Source: Eledone cirrhosa (lineage: Eukaryota). Taken from it: a stretch of DNA of 64,000 nt. The notes beneath the pieces are model-generated. The model made no database searches. It was given only the letters and a program-made list of their open reading frames with translations, and was not told the DNA's origin. The DNA is taken from contig OZ024745.1 in the NCBI GenBank assembly GCA_964016885.1, positions 39,308,001 through 39,372,000 of the forward strand. The letters are read 5' to 3'. Shown in pieces: positions 17,651-32,653 of this stretch (its first letter is position 1; every line of letters starts with the position of its first letter). The position numbers and the translations under genes are program-made.

Positions 17651-20600
17651 GAGAGGGGGAGCGAGTATGCGGTGCTGAGATCGAGGAGATCAATAATCAT
17701 GTGAGAACTCTATACATGGTGAGACGTATAGTGGGTATAGTGATATGTAAAATCCAGACCATATGTATGTATTACTAGAAATTGTATTTGATGATATCCG
17801 GTAAAGTATCCATTTGAGCCCCCATGGCAGAGCCCCCTAGCTGTGTTTGTTTCCACTTAGGCTTCTTTCCTTGTTTCTTCTCCATGGGTAATTTTCTAGA
17901 TTTTCTCAACTATTGTTTAGTGCCAGACATGTCATTATCACCAGCTATGTTAGACTCGTAATTTGCTTTATTTTTTTCAATGTTTTTATTCAAACCGATA
18001 TAGATGTAACAATATTCTGATGTTGGCGTAATTTGTCAACAATTTCTTCTCGTTACTCCTATTATGCAACTTATTTTTATTCCGTTCAGTACTAAGACGC
18101 TTCATAACTTGATGTATACTTGATAGAAACAATTGACTAAGTGTTTCATGAAGTCAATGATATAATCCGTTTATTTTTACGAGAAACCTTTTACTTGCTA
18201 CATTCTTCAACGAAATCATTAAATAACTATAACTACAATGGAAACACCTACTGGCTATTTTTTCCTTAAAACATTTTGACAAATGCGCTAAATTAATTTT
18301 CTGTTAAACAACATAAACTGAGTGCGCGACTAATCTTAAAGCCGAAGTAGTATAGCAAAGGTCACGTAAAAGCATTTCCAAAAACTGCAGGAAAATCTAA
18401 TTTACGTTCTTCATCCAGCGTATGTATAGTTACAAGCATGACCATTAAAGCAAGAATGAACTTCTTTACAGAAATATATTGTTTTTGTTTAACGTTTCGT
18501 TTTAGTTTTAGGACACGTTAAAAGCCTATAAAATGTTAAAGGTATTTACCTTAAGAAATTGTCGGGGTATTTCATTAAATCTTTTTAGAATTTCTTAAGA
18601 AGCATCAAGCAAACTACATTACTTCACATGCAACACTATGTTGATGCTGCTATCACAAATATTACTCACACTCAATAATAGAAATAATATGAACATCATA
18701 ATCAATAAGATGAAGAAATAGTAGGAAGATGATTCAAAATATATGAAATAATAATAGTTGTAGAGAAGGTAAGGAATATATACCTGAGAAAAAAGTAGTA
18801 CATGAGACATGATTATTTTTTTTATATTTAAGAAGCAGCATCAACAATGTTACAAATAAATGTCTTTAGGTTGATCTAAGATTTTGTTTTTCATTAATCG
18901 CTACATTTGGAAGACATTTTTTCGTTAAAATAAAAGACAAATGTATTGATGGGAAAAATTAAAAGAAATATTTTTTAATAATAAAAACGAAGCAAATAAA
19001 TATATTTGAAACAAATTTTAAAAAGTCAAATAAACAGATTGTATCCATTAAAAGCATGATTCCATGTCCTTCTAGAAAAGAATCTTCTCATCAATAATAT
19101 ATTGATTCCGATGATCATAATGGAATGAAGTTCACGTCAATATTTGAAAACTACATTGCATTTTATGCTACTCTTGTGTTAGCTGTATAATACACATATA
19201 TAATATATATGCATACACATAGAGAAAAGAGGCGCATAATGCATACAAGAATATCTACATAACTTACTTTTTCTATCTCTGTTACACACACTCTCTCTCT
19301 TTCTATATATATATATATTGTTAACTTGGGGAGGGTCATATTGTTGTAATAATATTGAAGAAATAATAACAGAACACACTCACTGTTGGGTTGGTTTTCG
19401 CTTCTGTATCTTTTAAATCTCCACAGTTAATTCATCCGGTCCTCAATGTTTATCATTGACTGACCAACGTTCAAAAATTCAGATATAATAGAGATATAAC
19501 CAAGTATGTATAGTCTAACAAAGTTCTTTCGTTGCACATCTGCAACATCATCATTGGTACTATTATGTTCCTCCTGTTGTATTGTATGTCTACGCCATTT
19601 TTATTTTATCTGTTTATTTATTTATTTATTATTGTCTACTTCTCTGTGCATGCTTTTGCGTGTGTGTGTTCGCGTTTGGGTGACTGTGTTTTCGTTATTG
19701 TATTCTATCTTAGTTTACTAGTGTATGTTTATATGTGTTTGTTGTTTTTGTGCTTGTGTATATATTTATTTATTTATTTATTCATTTACATTTATCTTGT
19801 GCGCGCGTGTGTGTGTATGTGTGTGTGTGTGTGTTTCCCTCTATGAATGTCATGTGTTTACGGCATATTGTACACGCATGTGTATTGTTTGTTTTTTTGG
19901 CTTCGAACCGATTTAATCTTACTTGATAATATAAATTTTCATTATAGGCAATGGAATGATATATTTTGTTGTGCCGTGTTCTGGTCCAATTAAAGGTTAT
20001 TAATGAGGCAAATCTGTAAATTATATGAAAACATTTTAAAGATGATGACTCATTCCGATTGTGCGTAAAATATTTCAGACATCAATGTATATGAAGTGTT
20101 TCACCTTCAATTTTAAAAGTAAATAACTTACGAGACTGATCCTTCATCTTACAAGATATTTCCCAGTCATAATGTGTGTAGCAATACTAATGTGCCTTTT
20201 TGGATATACCAACTGAAAGCACAATTCAGTTGGTTATTTGCTCTTCAATGGGGAAATAACTGAACTAAAACAGGTGTAATTATATAAACTTCCGTAACAA
20301 TATGGTCTCTATTGATTCCACGTGTAGGAAGACGGATTCATATCACAAATATTTACCTGAACGGTTACATATGATAGTAGCTTGCAGAAAAATGTGTGCA
20401 AATAATTTCCTAACTCTGAATAAAAATAAGGCTGATGTACAAGTTATTGAGCAGAAATAATGTGTATGGTCATGAGTGCAATAACCTTTTTAAAAAAATG
20501 TATGTTCGAATGCACTCAGTTGTATACATATTACTTGTTGCATACTCCTAATAAATTTGCATAACATATTTTGCATTGCATGTAATGTTTCCTCACAACA

Positions 20601-23600
20601 TTTGCCGATAATTTCTTATCACATTTTATCAATTTAATTAATATATACCTGTATTAATTTCAACACAATGTTTGTATATAATTTTTCTTCTTCGTGAAAG
20701 TTTAATTTGCAATAGCAAAATTATTTTCGCTTAAAGACGAAATATTTTTCTTATTTTCTTCCAGTACACTGTCAAATATTTTATAAATTTCATTTGACAT
20801 AAATCCTTTTAAACATCTTTCAATAAATGTGTAAGGAAACACTACTATTATTTATTCCATGTAAAATAGAAGAGAGGTATGAGGGAGGGTCCTCAGTATA
20901 CACGAGAACATACATTCGAATCCATGATATAGCACTTATAAAGACAAAATGATAAATGGAATATATGTTGATTGCTTACATAGTGTGACAATCTATTTAG
21001 AAAAAAATATTCCTCATCCATTTCATCAGATATTTTAGAACCCATATCTAATAGAAACATCATGAATCAAAGTTTAGCAGTATGAAAATTGGATTTATAT
21101 ATATAGGAAGACTAAACGCAATCACAGTGTGTAGGTAGCGAGCTAGTTCAAGCGAGCGGGTGTCATTGTGTTAGATGAGGAATTAAAAATTAACATATCT
21201 GAGAGCTAGATACTGAAGCTTTTTATGGAGTAGATATGTTCGTCTCGTATGACGATGTGGGAAATCACAACAGCTTTCCTTGGATGTCAGTAGTATTTCA
21301 CTAATAGTTTAATATGAACCCTGTAGTGCGTACAATATTGATTAGATATGAAGCAGTTGTTTCTGCGATATGAGCAATTTTATCGTTGTAGACATGCTGC
21401 ATGCTGTCGTTATGTTTAGTTAACCTAGGTGATTAAATTTATGTCTTCACAATTTAAATAATTGAGATATAATTATTCATTGTCCATGATTCTATTGAGT
21501 GTACATATTGTAGAGTGTAATTATCTTACAAAAAATGAAATATATCATTTGATTAAACAGAGAGCATATATATTTTTATAAGGTGTACGTACATTTGTGA
21601 ATATGTACAACATGTTTATTGTATTTTATTGTAAACAACGTTTCCTCAAAAATAAGATCATTTCATTACACTGCATAGTTGGATAATGAGTTATCTAGCT
21701 ACGAAATTAGACAAACGTGAAGGAGAATTGTGTGGGTTAAAGAGATTAACATAATTTCCGCAAGCAGCACAAATAGTATTACTATAAAATCATTGTTTCG
21801 GTAATTCTCAGTTAAATGAGAAATGAAACGTAGTTACAAACGGCACTATCAGAATTAATGCACAAATGAACCATAGAGAAGTTGTCAAATCGATCCATGT
21901 TCGTTATTTCACGATGGTTACTTTTCATTACGTTAACTAATTAGCTGACGTCAAATTGATAAATGTTTTATTCAACTTATAAAATTGAACTAATCGTCCT
22001 ACCTGGAGAATGTCGCGCTGTATTGTCTTCTGATGAATACCGCCGACATATCAGTATTTCTGCCTAATCCGAATGCTTGCCGTCTTATAACATATTTCAA
22101 TCTGTTAGTTGTCGGAATTGAAAAAAAAATGTATTTAAAGTTGAATTCATAGGTGATATGTTGCTTCACCATTTGACTAGAATGAACAATTTACAATTTG
22201 CCAGTGCAAGATGAGAAATGAAATGGAAATAAAGAAATATGCTATTAATTTTTTTTTCATCATTATGTCTCTCTATCTAATTGATTCATGTCACAAGGTC
22301 ATGTCATATGCTTTAAATAGCTCTTTGAATATTGCAGATTAAGTAGCTAGTTCAGGAGTTTCAGGTTTAATATTATTGCATTAATGCGTAATAATGAATA
22401 AAGTATGAATCGGATCTTAAATATATTTTTTTTATTTTTAATATATGGAGTAGTTTTATACAAAACTATATGCTGTTGAAAATAGAAAAAAGGAGAAAAA
22501 TCTAAAACGAGAAATAAACGCTTTTGGTATATTTAGTAATTAATTTCTTGGCCCAGCTAAAGTTATTACTATTTGTATCATTTGGAGAAATTACATGTAA
22601 AAATAAGTGAATGTTTGAAACGTTTTATATACTCGGCAGTTTGAAAAAACCATGTCACTGATTTTAAAATTAACGACGTTCCGGGTGGATTTAATTTTTC
22701 TTGTGTGGAAATATTAATTCACAAATTTACAAATTCCACCGTCTCCTTTGGTGCGTTTAGTGGTGTCTACTCTATTAAACATATTTGCGCAATAACTTCC
22801 TCGTATTGACCTAGCAGATCCGAAGTATCCGAGAAAGCTCACGATGTTTGTTTTTCTAGGCAATAGAAAACAAACGTTTTTATAATTCCCCATTCTTATA
22901 TTGGAAGTTTTCTTATTGGATATACTAAATTCATATATGTCGAGTTTGAGCGAAATCATTATTATACAATTAAATTATCTTAAGTTAAATATACCGATAT
23001 AATGTAGACGATATTTTTCAGGATGGAAATAATGTCTTCAGTTTAAATTTCCATAATGTATAAACTAAATTCAATTTTACAATAGCCAATTCGGTAAAAT
23101 GTAAATGAACATGCATATATGTAGTGGCGAACGTTAGCTCCACGTAAAACTCGGCACGTCCTTTCATTTGCTTTTTTTCCTGTCTCTTTGACATGAAGAA
23201 ACTCATCTGTATACAGTTTCCAAGCTTAAAAACGTCATACATTTAACATCCACAAAGCATTTTGGCATCAATATCATATGGAAATGGATCGATAAAAATG
23301 AAGTGATCGCATAGAATTGTCCCCACCATTCAACGCATACCATGCCTAACGTTAGTTCTTCCGAATATCATAATTAATTTCTGTATTACAAATACATTTA
23401 TTCATCATCTAAGATTTATACTATACAAAAAAAATATTTGATATCATTTTACTTAATAAGTGCAATGTTTGAACATCTTCAAGATATTCTTCTTCTTCTT
23501 CTTCTTCTTCTTCTCCTCCTCCCCTCATCATCTGCGGGGCTTATAATAACTAATAGTTAATATTTAAAATGCAATTTGTGTAACATTGAAATATCATTCT

Positions 23601-26054
23601 CTCCATCGAGATATACAGTACAATATTATGTGGACCAAATAGACTTTGTACATATTTTCATGTATCACTCACCAGTGTTTATCGAACGTTGACAGATTAC
23701 GTGAAAGCCTGTTTCAGTCTATGCCTATGAGAAACAGCTTACGCTTCATTCCACATCACACTCTCACAGCGTAGCAATGGTTCATTCTGGCCTACGTTAG
23801 TTTTTTAATGTTTTATTATTTCGCACATCTTCCTTTCTTGTACAGCTTCAGAACATATTTCCCATAAAAATTCAACTAAATACATCAGGTATATGACTCA
23901 GATATCGAACACATTACTCACTCCAGGAAATGTGTATTGTTCAAAAGCACGATAACACTAACGTATCACAAAGAAATGCCGATGTCAGCTTCAAATTCTC
24001 TATTTTAACGGTCTTCATGCTATTTTATAAGTTATGTTATACATCATTATTTATATTACATCATTCTTTATATTAGTTATCTCATCTCAGCAATTTGTAG
24101 TAGTCTGAGTGATCAACTACGTATACATGATGCCTATTTCTGTACCTATGGATATCTGTTTAAGTCTGAAAGCTGTGATTCAGCTGTTTATCTAATTTAT
24201 TAGGTAAATTCATGTCACGGCTACTTGATAGGGGTTTCGATTCCTCATAGAGGCCGATGGCAACTTCTTTTTCCGTTTTTCATGGGTTTTCAACTTTGTT
24301 GTAAGCTATTTTAATGCAACTCCACACATGAGCACATGGTGTTTTAAAATATATATGAATAGTGAATTTAGACACATGGCACATATTAAATGAATGGCAA
24401 TATATTCATGTAATAAGAGAAAGGAAAAAATAACGATATATATATTAATTTTCACTTAAACCTGAAACCTTAGAAAATAATATGTTTACTGACAACATAT
24501 AATGCTTAAAGAGCTTTTACATGTTGAGAATGTGAATGATTGTTTGTGCATATGTGTGCGTTTGTGTATGTATAACTAACGCAGCAATATTCAGCTACAT
24601 TGTCTGAAAGAACTGAAGTGTATTACTTGTGGTCCTGTGATACTATTAGATATTACACATTTGTATCAGATCAATGGAAGTAATTTTCATCTCTTGAACA
24701 TTGTCCTAATTAATTTGCTATTGAATAATTAACGTCTGATGTACATATATCTACTTAGATACCCGACGGTATTACGAAAATAATTTCATCAATATGAAGC
24801 AACAGACGAACCATCTCATTAGCAAACCAATAACTCACTGGGTGATATCTCGTTTAGTTGAATTAGCAAATCTGCCTGACTTATCATTAGAATATACTAG
24901 TACATATTTTGCATAATTATCACGGTTGGTGTTTCTATAAATGTTTGTTTGAGCAACGTATATGATGTCATTTTTAAGATTAAATGTCTTGTTATTTATT
25001 CCGAATCTGTTTGCTCAACATTCAAATCCTGCCAATATCAAATTTGCCCTTCAACATTTTAGAATCTATAGATATAGGTCTTGTTCCGTAGCGGTTGACG
25101 AGTGACATTGTTAAAGAGTCGGAGGGGATATTTCTCATCTCTCCCGTCTCTAAGCATTCTGCGTACAAATCCTTTCTTGTCATCGCCATAGCTGAAACCT
25201 TGAGTTTTTGGAGTGTTTAGCGCATCAAGATAACATACATGAGTATATGAAAATGTCAAAACACATCACATGCTAACTCTAATTGCAGTATATTTATTCC
25301 AAAGAAACCGACATTTATATGGAACTAGAATTTGCCACATTACAGGGCCACATATATACATACTTTTATATAAATGTATATATAAAATTTATATATATAA
25401 ATACATTATATATGTGTGTGTGAATACATATATATATATATATATATGCAACCGTATATATACATATAGGTGTGTGTGTTTGTGTGTCTGTGGACATCCT
25501 CATAACACAAATTCTATGAACTACTTTTAGCTGCGGCATATATTGATATAGATTTCAGAATATAAGGAAGATTAAATGAAACTTTAAAATTATATTTTAG
25601 CTTTTTACTTGCCATGCAACTAATTTCATCTTAAACGACTTTTTTGGGGGGGAATCTATGCCATTCCAGAATCTAATGAACATTTTCAATCAAATATTTA
25701 ATAACTTAAAACAACTCAGAAAATATAACCTACGTGCTTTGTCAAACCGGAAGAAATATAATTAAGAGTAATTAGAAATATAAACAATTTGATCAGCTTG
25801 AGATTTCCTTAATGAATGTAGTGATATGCATAATTTGTTTATTTTCTTATTGTATCATGTAATAAGTGTAAAAGTGGTGCAGAATATGGTTGCTTACGAG
25901 TAAAAATACTCATTAGTATTTATTCCAAACCAATATCCAACAAACATTTATATATTTACGCAAATAGATGAATTTCACTGTAAAATGTCATTATTATTGT
26001 TATTATTATCATCACTACTATAATTATCCTCATTATTATCATCATTAATATAAT

Positions 26055-27153
26055 GTTTCGCGACAGAGTGTTCAAGTCTTACTGAGGTTAACTTTGCCTT
26101 TCATCTTTACGGCGTCGATAAAATGAAGTACCAGTAATGAACTGGGTGTACCAGTGATGCACTCGGATAATTCCTGGCCGTGTGCCAAAAGTAGAAACAA
26201 TTATTATCATCATTATTAATCCCGCCGAGGTTAGTTTTACTTTTCATCCTTATGGAGTCGGTTAAATAAAGTTTTCAGTAACGGACTGATGTCGATAAAA
26301 TCGACATTACCTAACCGAGATTGATGGTCTTGAGCCTATAGTAGAAATCATTATTATAGGGATGTCAATGGGAGTATTGGTAGAGCGTCGAACACCATGT
26401 TTCGCGACATAGTATTCAAGTATCACCGAGGTTAGCTTTGTGTTTCATCCTTACGGGGTCGATAAAACCAGTAATGCACTGGTTGGATTTAATCGAATTT
26501 CCTCCTCCCCAAATTACTAGCTTTGTGCCTATAGGAGAAACCAGTACCATTATTATTAGGATGTGAACTGGCAGTATCGGTAGAGCTTCGGACAATGTAG
26601 TTCGGGACAGAGAGTTACGGCACTGTACGTTCTTATATGAAGATCCCAGTGAAGGTAACTTTGCAATTCATCCTTACGGAATTGATAACATAAAGTATAA
26701 TTCATGCACTGGGGTCGATTTAATCGACTTTCCCCTCCTTCGAAATTGCCGACCTTGTGCTTTTATAGGAAACCATTATTATTATCATTATTATTCGAAT
26801 GGATTGGCAGTATCGGTAGAGGATCAATCGCCATGCTTTGACGCATAGAATTACGGCCCTTGCCATTCTGAGTTCAAACCCATCCTCACGGGTTCGATAG
26901 AATAAAGTACCAGTAATGCAGTGGGTATTTGCTGGCCTTGTGTCAAAAGTAGAAACAATTATTATTAGAGTGGAGGTTAGTCAGTATCAGTTGAGCGTCG
27001 GACACCATACATCAAATGCCACCAAGGTTGATTTCGTCGTACCTCCTTAACGGGTCGATGAAATAAAAGCACCAGTAATGCACTGGCGCAATTTAATCGA
27101 CTTTTCCCTCCCTCAAAATTGCTAGCCTTATGCCTATAGGAGAAATCATTATT
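26055..27153 (+). mobile_element. Head-to-tail array of about six diverged SINEs
   Basis: Repeated gaggttaactttgcctttcatcc..gtcgataaaa..gtaccagtaatgcactgg...ccttgtgcc..agaaac(att)n units starting near 26055, 26219, 26357, 26557, 26796 and 26966. Confidence 0.85.
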
Positions 27154-27377
27154 AGTGCCACCTGATATATGAAGAACTCTCCTTGTGACATTCGGAAATG
27201 TTCTTATTTAAGTCGTTTAAACTATTATTTGTTAAATTACTTTAATTTCAAGGAGGGCATAAAATATAAGCCCATATATGTGAACTATATTTATACATTC
27301 ACAATAAGGGCAACGAGAATAAAAATAGCACGAGCAACAATGAGAAGGAAAGCAACCACAGCGGCAGCACCATCAGA

Positions 27378-27428
<51 letters not shown>

Positions 27429-27477
27429 ATAAACTAAAACAAGTAAGTGAAATATTTAAAATTTGGCTTCGTTTATT

Positions 27478-27532
27478 ACTGCCATATATATTTCGGTGAC
27501 AGCTGTCTTTGGCTGTGACCTCTTCAGGCAGT
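27478..27532 (-). ncRNA. Type I hammerhead-like motif (inverted arm)
   Basis: actgc CTGAAGA ggtcacagc-caaagaca-gctgtcacc GAAA tata ta tggcagt. Confidence 0.65.
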
Positions 27533-27599
27533 CCGAATTAGTGCAGTAGCGACGAGTACCTCAACAACATGTGTACTCGTCTCTACCACACTAATTCGG

Positions 27600-27654
27600 A
27601 CTGCCTGAAGAAGTCACAGCTAAAGATGACTGTCACTGAAATATATATGGCAGT
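27600..27654 (+). ncRNA. Type I hammerhead-like motif (direct arm)
   Basis: actgc CTGAAGA agtcacag...ctgtcact GAAA tata ta tggcagt, followed by AATAAA. Confidence 0.6.
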
Positions 27655-27796
27655 AATAAACGAAGCCAAATTTTATATATTTGACTTATTTATTTTAGTT
27701 TAACTTACATTACTCCGGAGTAACCAAAACAACCGGCGCACTTCGTCGAGTGCTCCATACTGCATACTGAGGTGCTGGTATACAACCAACATATAC

Positions 27797-27853
<57 letters not shown>

Positions 27854-28110
27854 ACAGGGAGGAAGAGACGATTATTAGGAAGAAAAATATATATTTTTCC
27901 CTTTTTATTGATTTCTTTCTTTTTTCTGGGTTAGAAAATGATTAAAACGAATACATATATGGGCGTGTGTGTATGTGTGTGTGTGTATGTATGTGTGTGT
28001 GTGTGTTTGCGCGTGTGTGTGTATGTGCATGTATGTATATATACATATGTTCAGATATATATATATAATATATATGTCTATATATATATATATATATGTA
28101 TGTGTGTGCG

Positions 28111-28141
<31 letters not shown>

Positions 28142-28559
28142 ACACATACATATGTGCATCCGAGGGCGTGTTTGTAAAATTACATCGCTTGTCACACCGT
28201 GGCTGTGTTTGGGGTGCTGTAGTTTGTGTATTGTCATCATCTGAGAGGCGTGGGGTGAAGTTGTCTGTCATATATGTTAGCTGACTACCAAAAATAGAAA
28301 TAACCGTGAGCCTGAATATATTTAACATTAATCAATTTGGATTTGCAAAGATTTTACTCTGAACCCAATAGAAAATAACTGAGTTTTATATTTATTGAAA
28401 ACGATAATATTTACGTAATTACATTGCCAAAATGGTTACATGAATAATTAAATAATTATACAACTGTTGGGAATTAAACAACTCAGTTAAATATATTTCT
28501 TAGACGTGGTAGTCACGTTCGTACAACGTTCAGCGCATCGCTGTCTAAATATAATAATA

Positions 28560-29682
28560 CACAATTATCACTTAAAGAGCCCCAAAGTTGCAAAGTTTCA
28601 AGGCAAGATGAAATCCAACCTTAAAAAGAGAAGGCTTCTCTGACTGACTGTGTGTGCCGGGTCGCTTGGATCTGTGGAAATGCACCTAAGCAATGGCAAT
28701 CGGCAGTAATAAACCCAATTAAAAAAAAGGAGACAAGAGAGGTTATTCCAATCACAGAGGGATCTCCCTGTCAAGCCTCCCCGGTAAAGTCTATGTTCAA
28801 TGTAAGGCAAAGAGATGCAGGGAGATTGTCGTGTCCAAGCTAACCGATGAACTCTGTGGTTTACACCCCGGACGCAGCACAGCCGACAAAATATTCACAC
28901 TGCGGCAGGTATTCGAGAAGTAAATTCTTGTTTTACCAATCTTGAGATGACCGTGTTCCTTGGGACCTGCTGTGGAAGGCTATGCATGCGTATGGGATTC
29001 AAGGTCATCTTGGTGCCCTCATGTCTCTATACGAATCCTCGAGTATTTGTGTTCGGATAAATGGTGCTTAATCGAAATCATTCAATGTCAGACTCCACCA
29101 GGGGTGCGTACTGTGACCTCTCCTGTTCATTATTTACATGAACCGACTCCACATGTGCCACAGTATTGGAAGACGCATCATGACGGGCGAGTATAACATC
29201 AGTCGGCTGGAATTTGCAGGCAACATGGTGTTACTTAACTCAATAGAAGATGATCTTCGACTTGCACTTGATGGGTTGAGTGCCGAGTGCACCATGGCTG
29301 CAATGAAAATCAGTGCTTTGAAAACTGAGGCACTCGTCTACTCGAGGAATCCTACGCAGTGCACTCTATATGTGAATGGAATTCCTCTGAAGCAGGTAGA
29401 GAAATTCAAGAATCGCGGGTCAGGAGGCTGAATTAAATCCAAGAATTACAAAAGCTGGTTCATCAATGCACGATCGTCAGCATTCAGTAATCAGAAGAAG
29501 AGAGGTAGGTGTTAAAGCCAAACTCGCTGTCTTCAATTCGGTTTTCGAACCAACCCTCACCTATGTCCAGGAATCTTGTGTAATGACCGAAAATATACGA
29601 TCACCGAATACAATCGTCTGAAATGGGATTCCTCCGAATGGTCTTTGGAGTGAGGTTACTCGATAAAGTGCGTAACTCGAAG
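28560..29682 (+). mobile_element. Decayed RTE-like LINE RT region
   Basis: CRVAWICGNAPKQWQSAVINPIKKK; TADKIFTLRQVFEK; HQGCVL*PLLFIIYM; RLEFAGNMVLL...MKISALKTE...LKQVEKFK. Many frameshifts. Confidence 0.85.
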
Positions 29683-29716
<34 letters not shown>

Positions 29717-29729
29717 TAAAAATAATAAA

Positions 29730-29760
<31 letters not shown>

Positions 29761-29762
<2 letters not shown>

Positions 29763-30257
29763 TGAGAAGTGGTATGAGCATAAGCCAGAGGCGGTGATAG
29801 AAAACGATCAGGTGAAGGTGCTGTGGGATTTTAGGATACAGACGGACAAGAAACTGGAACACAATAGATCTGACATGGTCGTTTTCGACAAAGAAAAAGA
29901 TCGTGCCTCATTGTGGATGTGGCCTGCCCATTCGACACGAGAGTGCAAGAGAAGGAGAGGGAGAAAATTAACCGATACCAGGACTTAAAGTGGGAGGTAA
30001 AAAGGATATGGAACTGCCATGAAGTCAAAGTGATCCCGATTGTCATAGGCGCACTAGGGACTATCTCAAAAAGTTTCCAGGGATGGTTAAAGAAAATTGG
30101 CCCCTTCACGCTTTTTGGAACGCTTCAAAAGGCATGCTTGTTGGGAACAGCAAGAACCCTACGATACGTCCTGAATATCTGAGGCTGCAGGTAGTGGCTT
30201 GATATTCATCTCAACAAACTTTCCAGTTAACTAACATCAATGACTGAGACTCAAAGA
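29761..30257 (+). mobile_element. 5'-truncated R4/Dong-like LINE (restriction-like endonuclease domain) between (TAA)n tracts
   Basis: KWYEHKPEAVIEN..VKVLWDFRIQTD..LEHNRSD.V..DK / DVACPFD.RV.EKE.EKI.RYQDL..E..R.W...V.VIPIVIGALG...LQKACLLGTA..LR, with one frameshift. (TAA)n at 29683-29762 and 30258-30283. Confidence 0.85.
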
Positions 30258-32061
30258 GTAATAATAATAATAATAATAATAATAAGAAGAAGAAGAAGAA
30301 GAAGAAGATATATGGAGGATAAATCGTTTGTTAATCTAAGACAAACATATTATTAACCCGTTGTTCATTATTACATTTAGCTATCCTTCAGAACATCATG
30401 CAAAACTTAAATCTGCTAGTGATTCAATCGTACGGTTTCAATTCTGGTTCTATGCAAGAGAATACAATGGAAAGAAAGTATATTTATCAAAGTCTCCTAC
30501 GGAAATGGTTGTTCATTTCATTTGCGAGTTTTGTAAGCAATTTATACGGATAGAAATAGGCTAACTCTAACACATTAAAAGACGATATAGCATTTATCTC
30601 TGCAATTCTGAAGAAATTCGATTTATCAGCTCTCCAAGCTACTGTGAAGATTAAAAATGTATAAATTGTGTCCTAGATATTTGATATTTTGGCTAAATAG
30701 TCTTCTTCTTTGCACTTAAATAGAATTATTTTTTCACGCCCCATCAAGTTTCCCTTGATCTAAAACTACCTGCTTCCCTACCCATCCCCTACGAACCACA
30801 TTAATATTAAACCATACATACAATGTACACAGTAATTTCCCAAATAACTAGACAACAGACGAAACTCATCAATACTATAGCAACATTGACTCACATCGTA
30901 CATCACTTATTTGATCTTTGACAATGATTCATAAGCAACAAAATATATATAATTAAATAAATAAAAGAAAAGAAAACTCAATTTACAAATGAATGCAGCT
31001 AAAAGCATTAGCTGACTAACTAAAAGCAATTCGTCCGTATCTGACATTTATGGTTAATAACGTATCTAGTATAGCACACACACAATGCATGTGTAACACC
31101 ATCGCGGATATTGACGTGAAAAATAATCAGTTCTGATCTCCATATTTCTTTCCGCCAATTTTAGGTTATGATGTTCTTTCGTTTGTTTGACCAAGGCGTG
31201 ACGATTTTATATAATCAGGCGTGAACATTATTAGAAGTGATAATATTATCTAAGTCGAGTAAAATAACATATGAATAACAATTATATGGAATGATGAATT
31301 TTTCTCTTAACTACATTATATTCTGACATATCATATCATAAACAAAAACAAATATCACAATGAAATGAATTATAAATAAATAAGTTATCATCAAACAATC
31401 ATATTTGAGTTGGCGCATATCCTATGAAAGCTGAACGTAATATATATTTAAGGATCGGAAATAACATTCCAACTCTTGAATATCCGTTGCTGACTTAACT
31501 AACTACATGAACTAATCATGTAATATACACGTCCTTCGTTCAATTTTAATATTTAAGCAGTAAAAATGATTGCGTATCATATCTTTTTGTACTCAACTTA
31601 CCCTTCTCTCTCTCTCTCTCTCTTTCTCTATCGATGTATGCAACAATTCAAGTACTTACACACACTCGCATAAGCATATGCACATACTTATGTACGTAAC
31701 TACATATGTATGTATGTACGTACGTACCTACATACCTATGTATGTAGGTGCGTACGTACATACATACATGTTGGCTGCTCCCTCGTTATCGAGTATGGCC
31801 ATTGCACGATATACCATTAATCAAAATAATAATGCATGTTGATTTATCTGTATGTGATCACACCCACATTAATGACCACATTAATAATATATATTCCATG
31901 CACACTATAATATACAAACATGCACACATATGTATATATGTACGTATGGATTCACCGAACATTTATTATAATGCTCGGTGTATTTGTAAACAAAAATCCC
32001 GAATTAAGCCGTCCATGTCTAGCAACCATCGTTGCTCATTTGTTCAACACTGACAAAGGAA

Positions 32062-32102
32062 CGCTGTATTAGTTTCAAGCTTATTAGCTATCGTCAGCAA
32101 CG
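32062..32102 (-). ncRNA. Minimal type I hammerhead (family E, inverted arm)
   Basis: cgttg CTGACGA tagct-aata-agctt GAAA ctaa TA cagcg. Confidence 0.7.
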
Positions 32103-32422
32103 TGTACCTTCCTGCCAGATGGTTGAACGTCTGAAATATATACTTTCATTATGCATATTAACGGCTGAGCAGCCTAATATATATATATATATACATACTA
32201 GTGTACGTCTGTATACATATATGTATGTACGTATACATACTTATATTTAAGTAACAGCCGTACTAAGAGTGAGAAATAAAATTTCGTTTCATTTTTTCCG
32301 TTTATCGTTTTCGTTACCCCGGCCGATTCACTCACTCGATATGCAAATTAGGCTGCTCGCCGTTAATATGCATAAGGAAAGTAAATACTTTTAGACGTTC
32401 AGCCATCTGGCAGGAAGGTATA

Positions 32423-32463
32423 CGTTGCTGACGATAGCTAATAAGCTTTAAACTACTACAGCG
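32423..32463 (+). ncRNA. Mutated hammerhead (family E, direct arm)
   Basis: cgttg CTGACGA tagctaataagctt TAAA ctac TA cagcg; G12 is substituted. Confidence 0.55.
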
Positions 32464-32582
32464 TTCCTTAGTCAGTGTTGAACAAATGAGCAACGATGGT
32501 TGCTAGACACTGTACGGCTTAATTCGGGATGTTTGTTTACAAACACACCGAGCATTATAATAAATGTTCGGTGAATCCATAC

Positions 32583-32653
<71 letters not shown>

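Larger units (their letters stand above)
27430..27797 (+). mobile_element. Fold-back element family C: ~130-bp inverted arms plus ~95-nt tail, in (TA)n
   Basis: 27430-27559 is inverted at ~27573-27701. Confidence 0.85.

Noticed and set aside
24100-24260. tRNA-like B box (ggtttcgattcc)
   Set aside because: No cloverleaf; probably a SINE remnant.
16400-26000. Repeat-poor unique stretch (also 38200-43000) that might hide host exons
   Set aside because: No ORF with recognisable protein features. Small exons cannot be excluded without transcript data.
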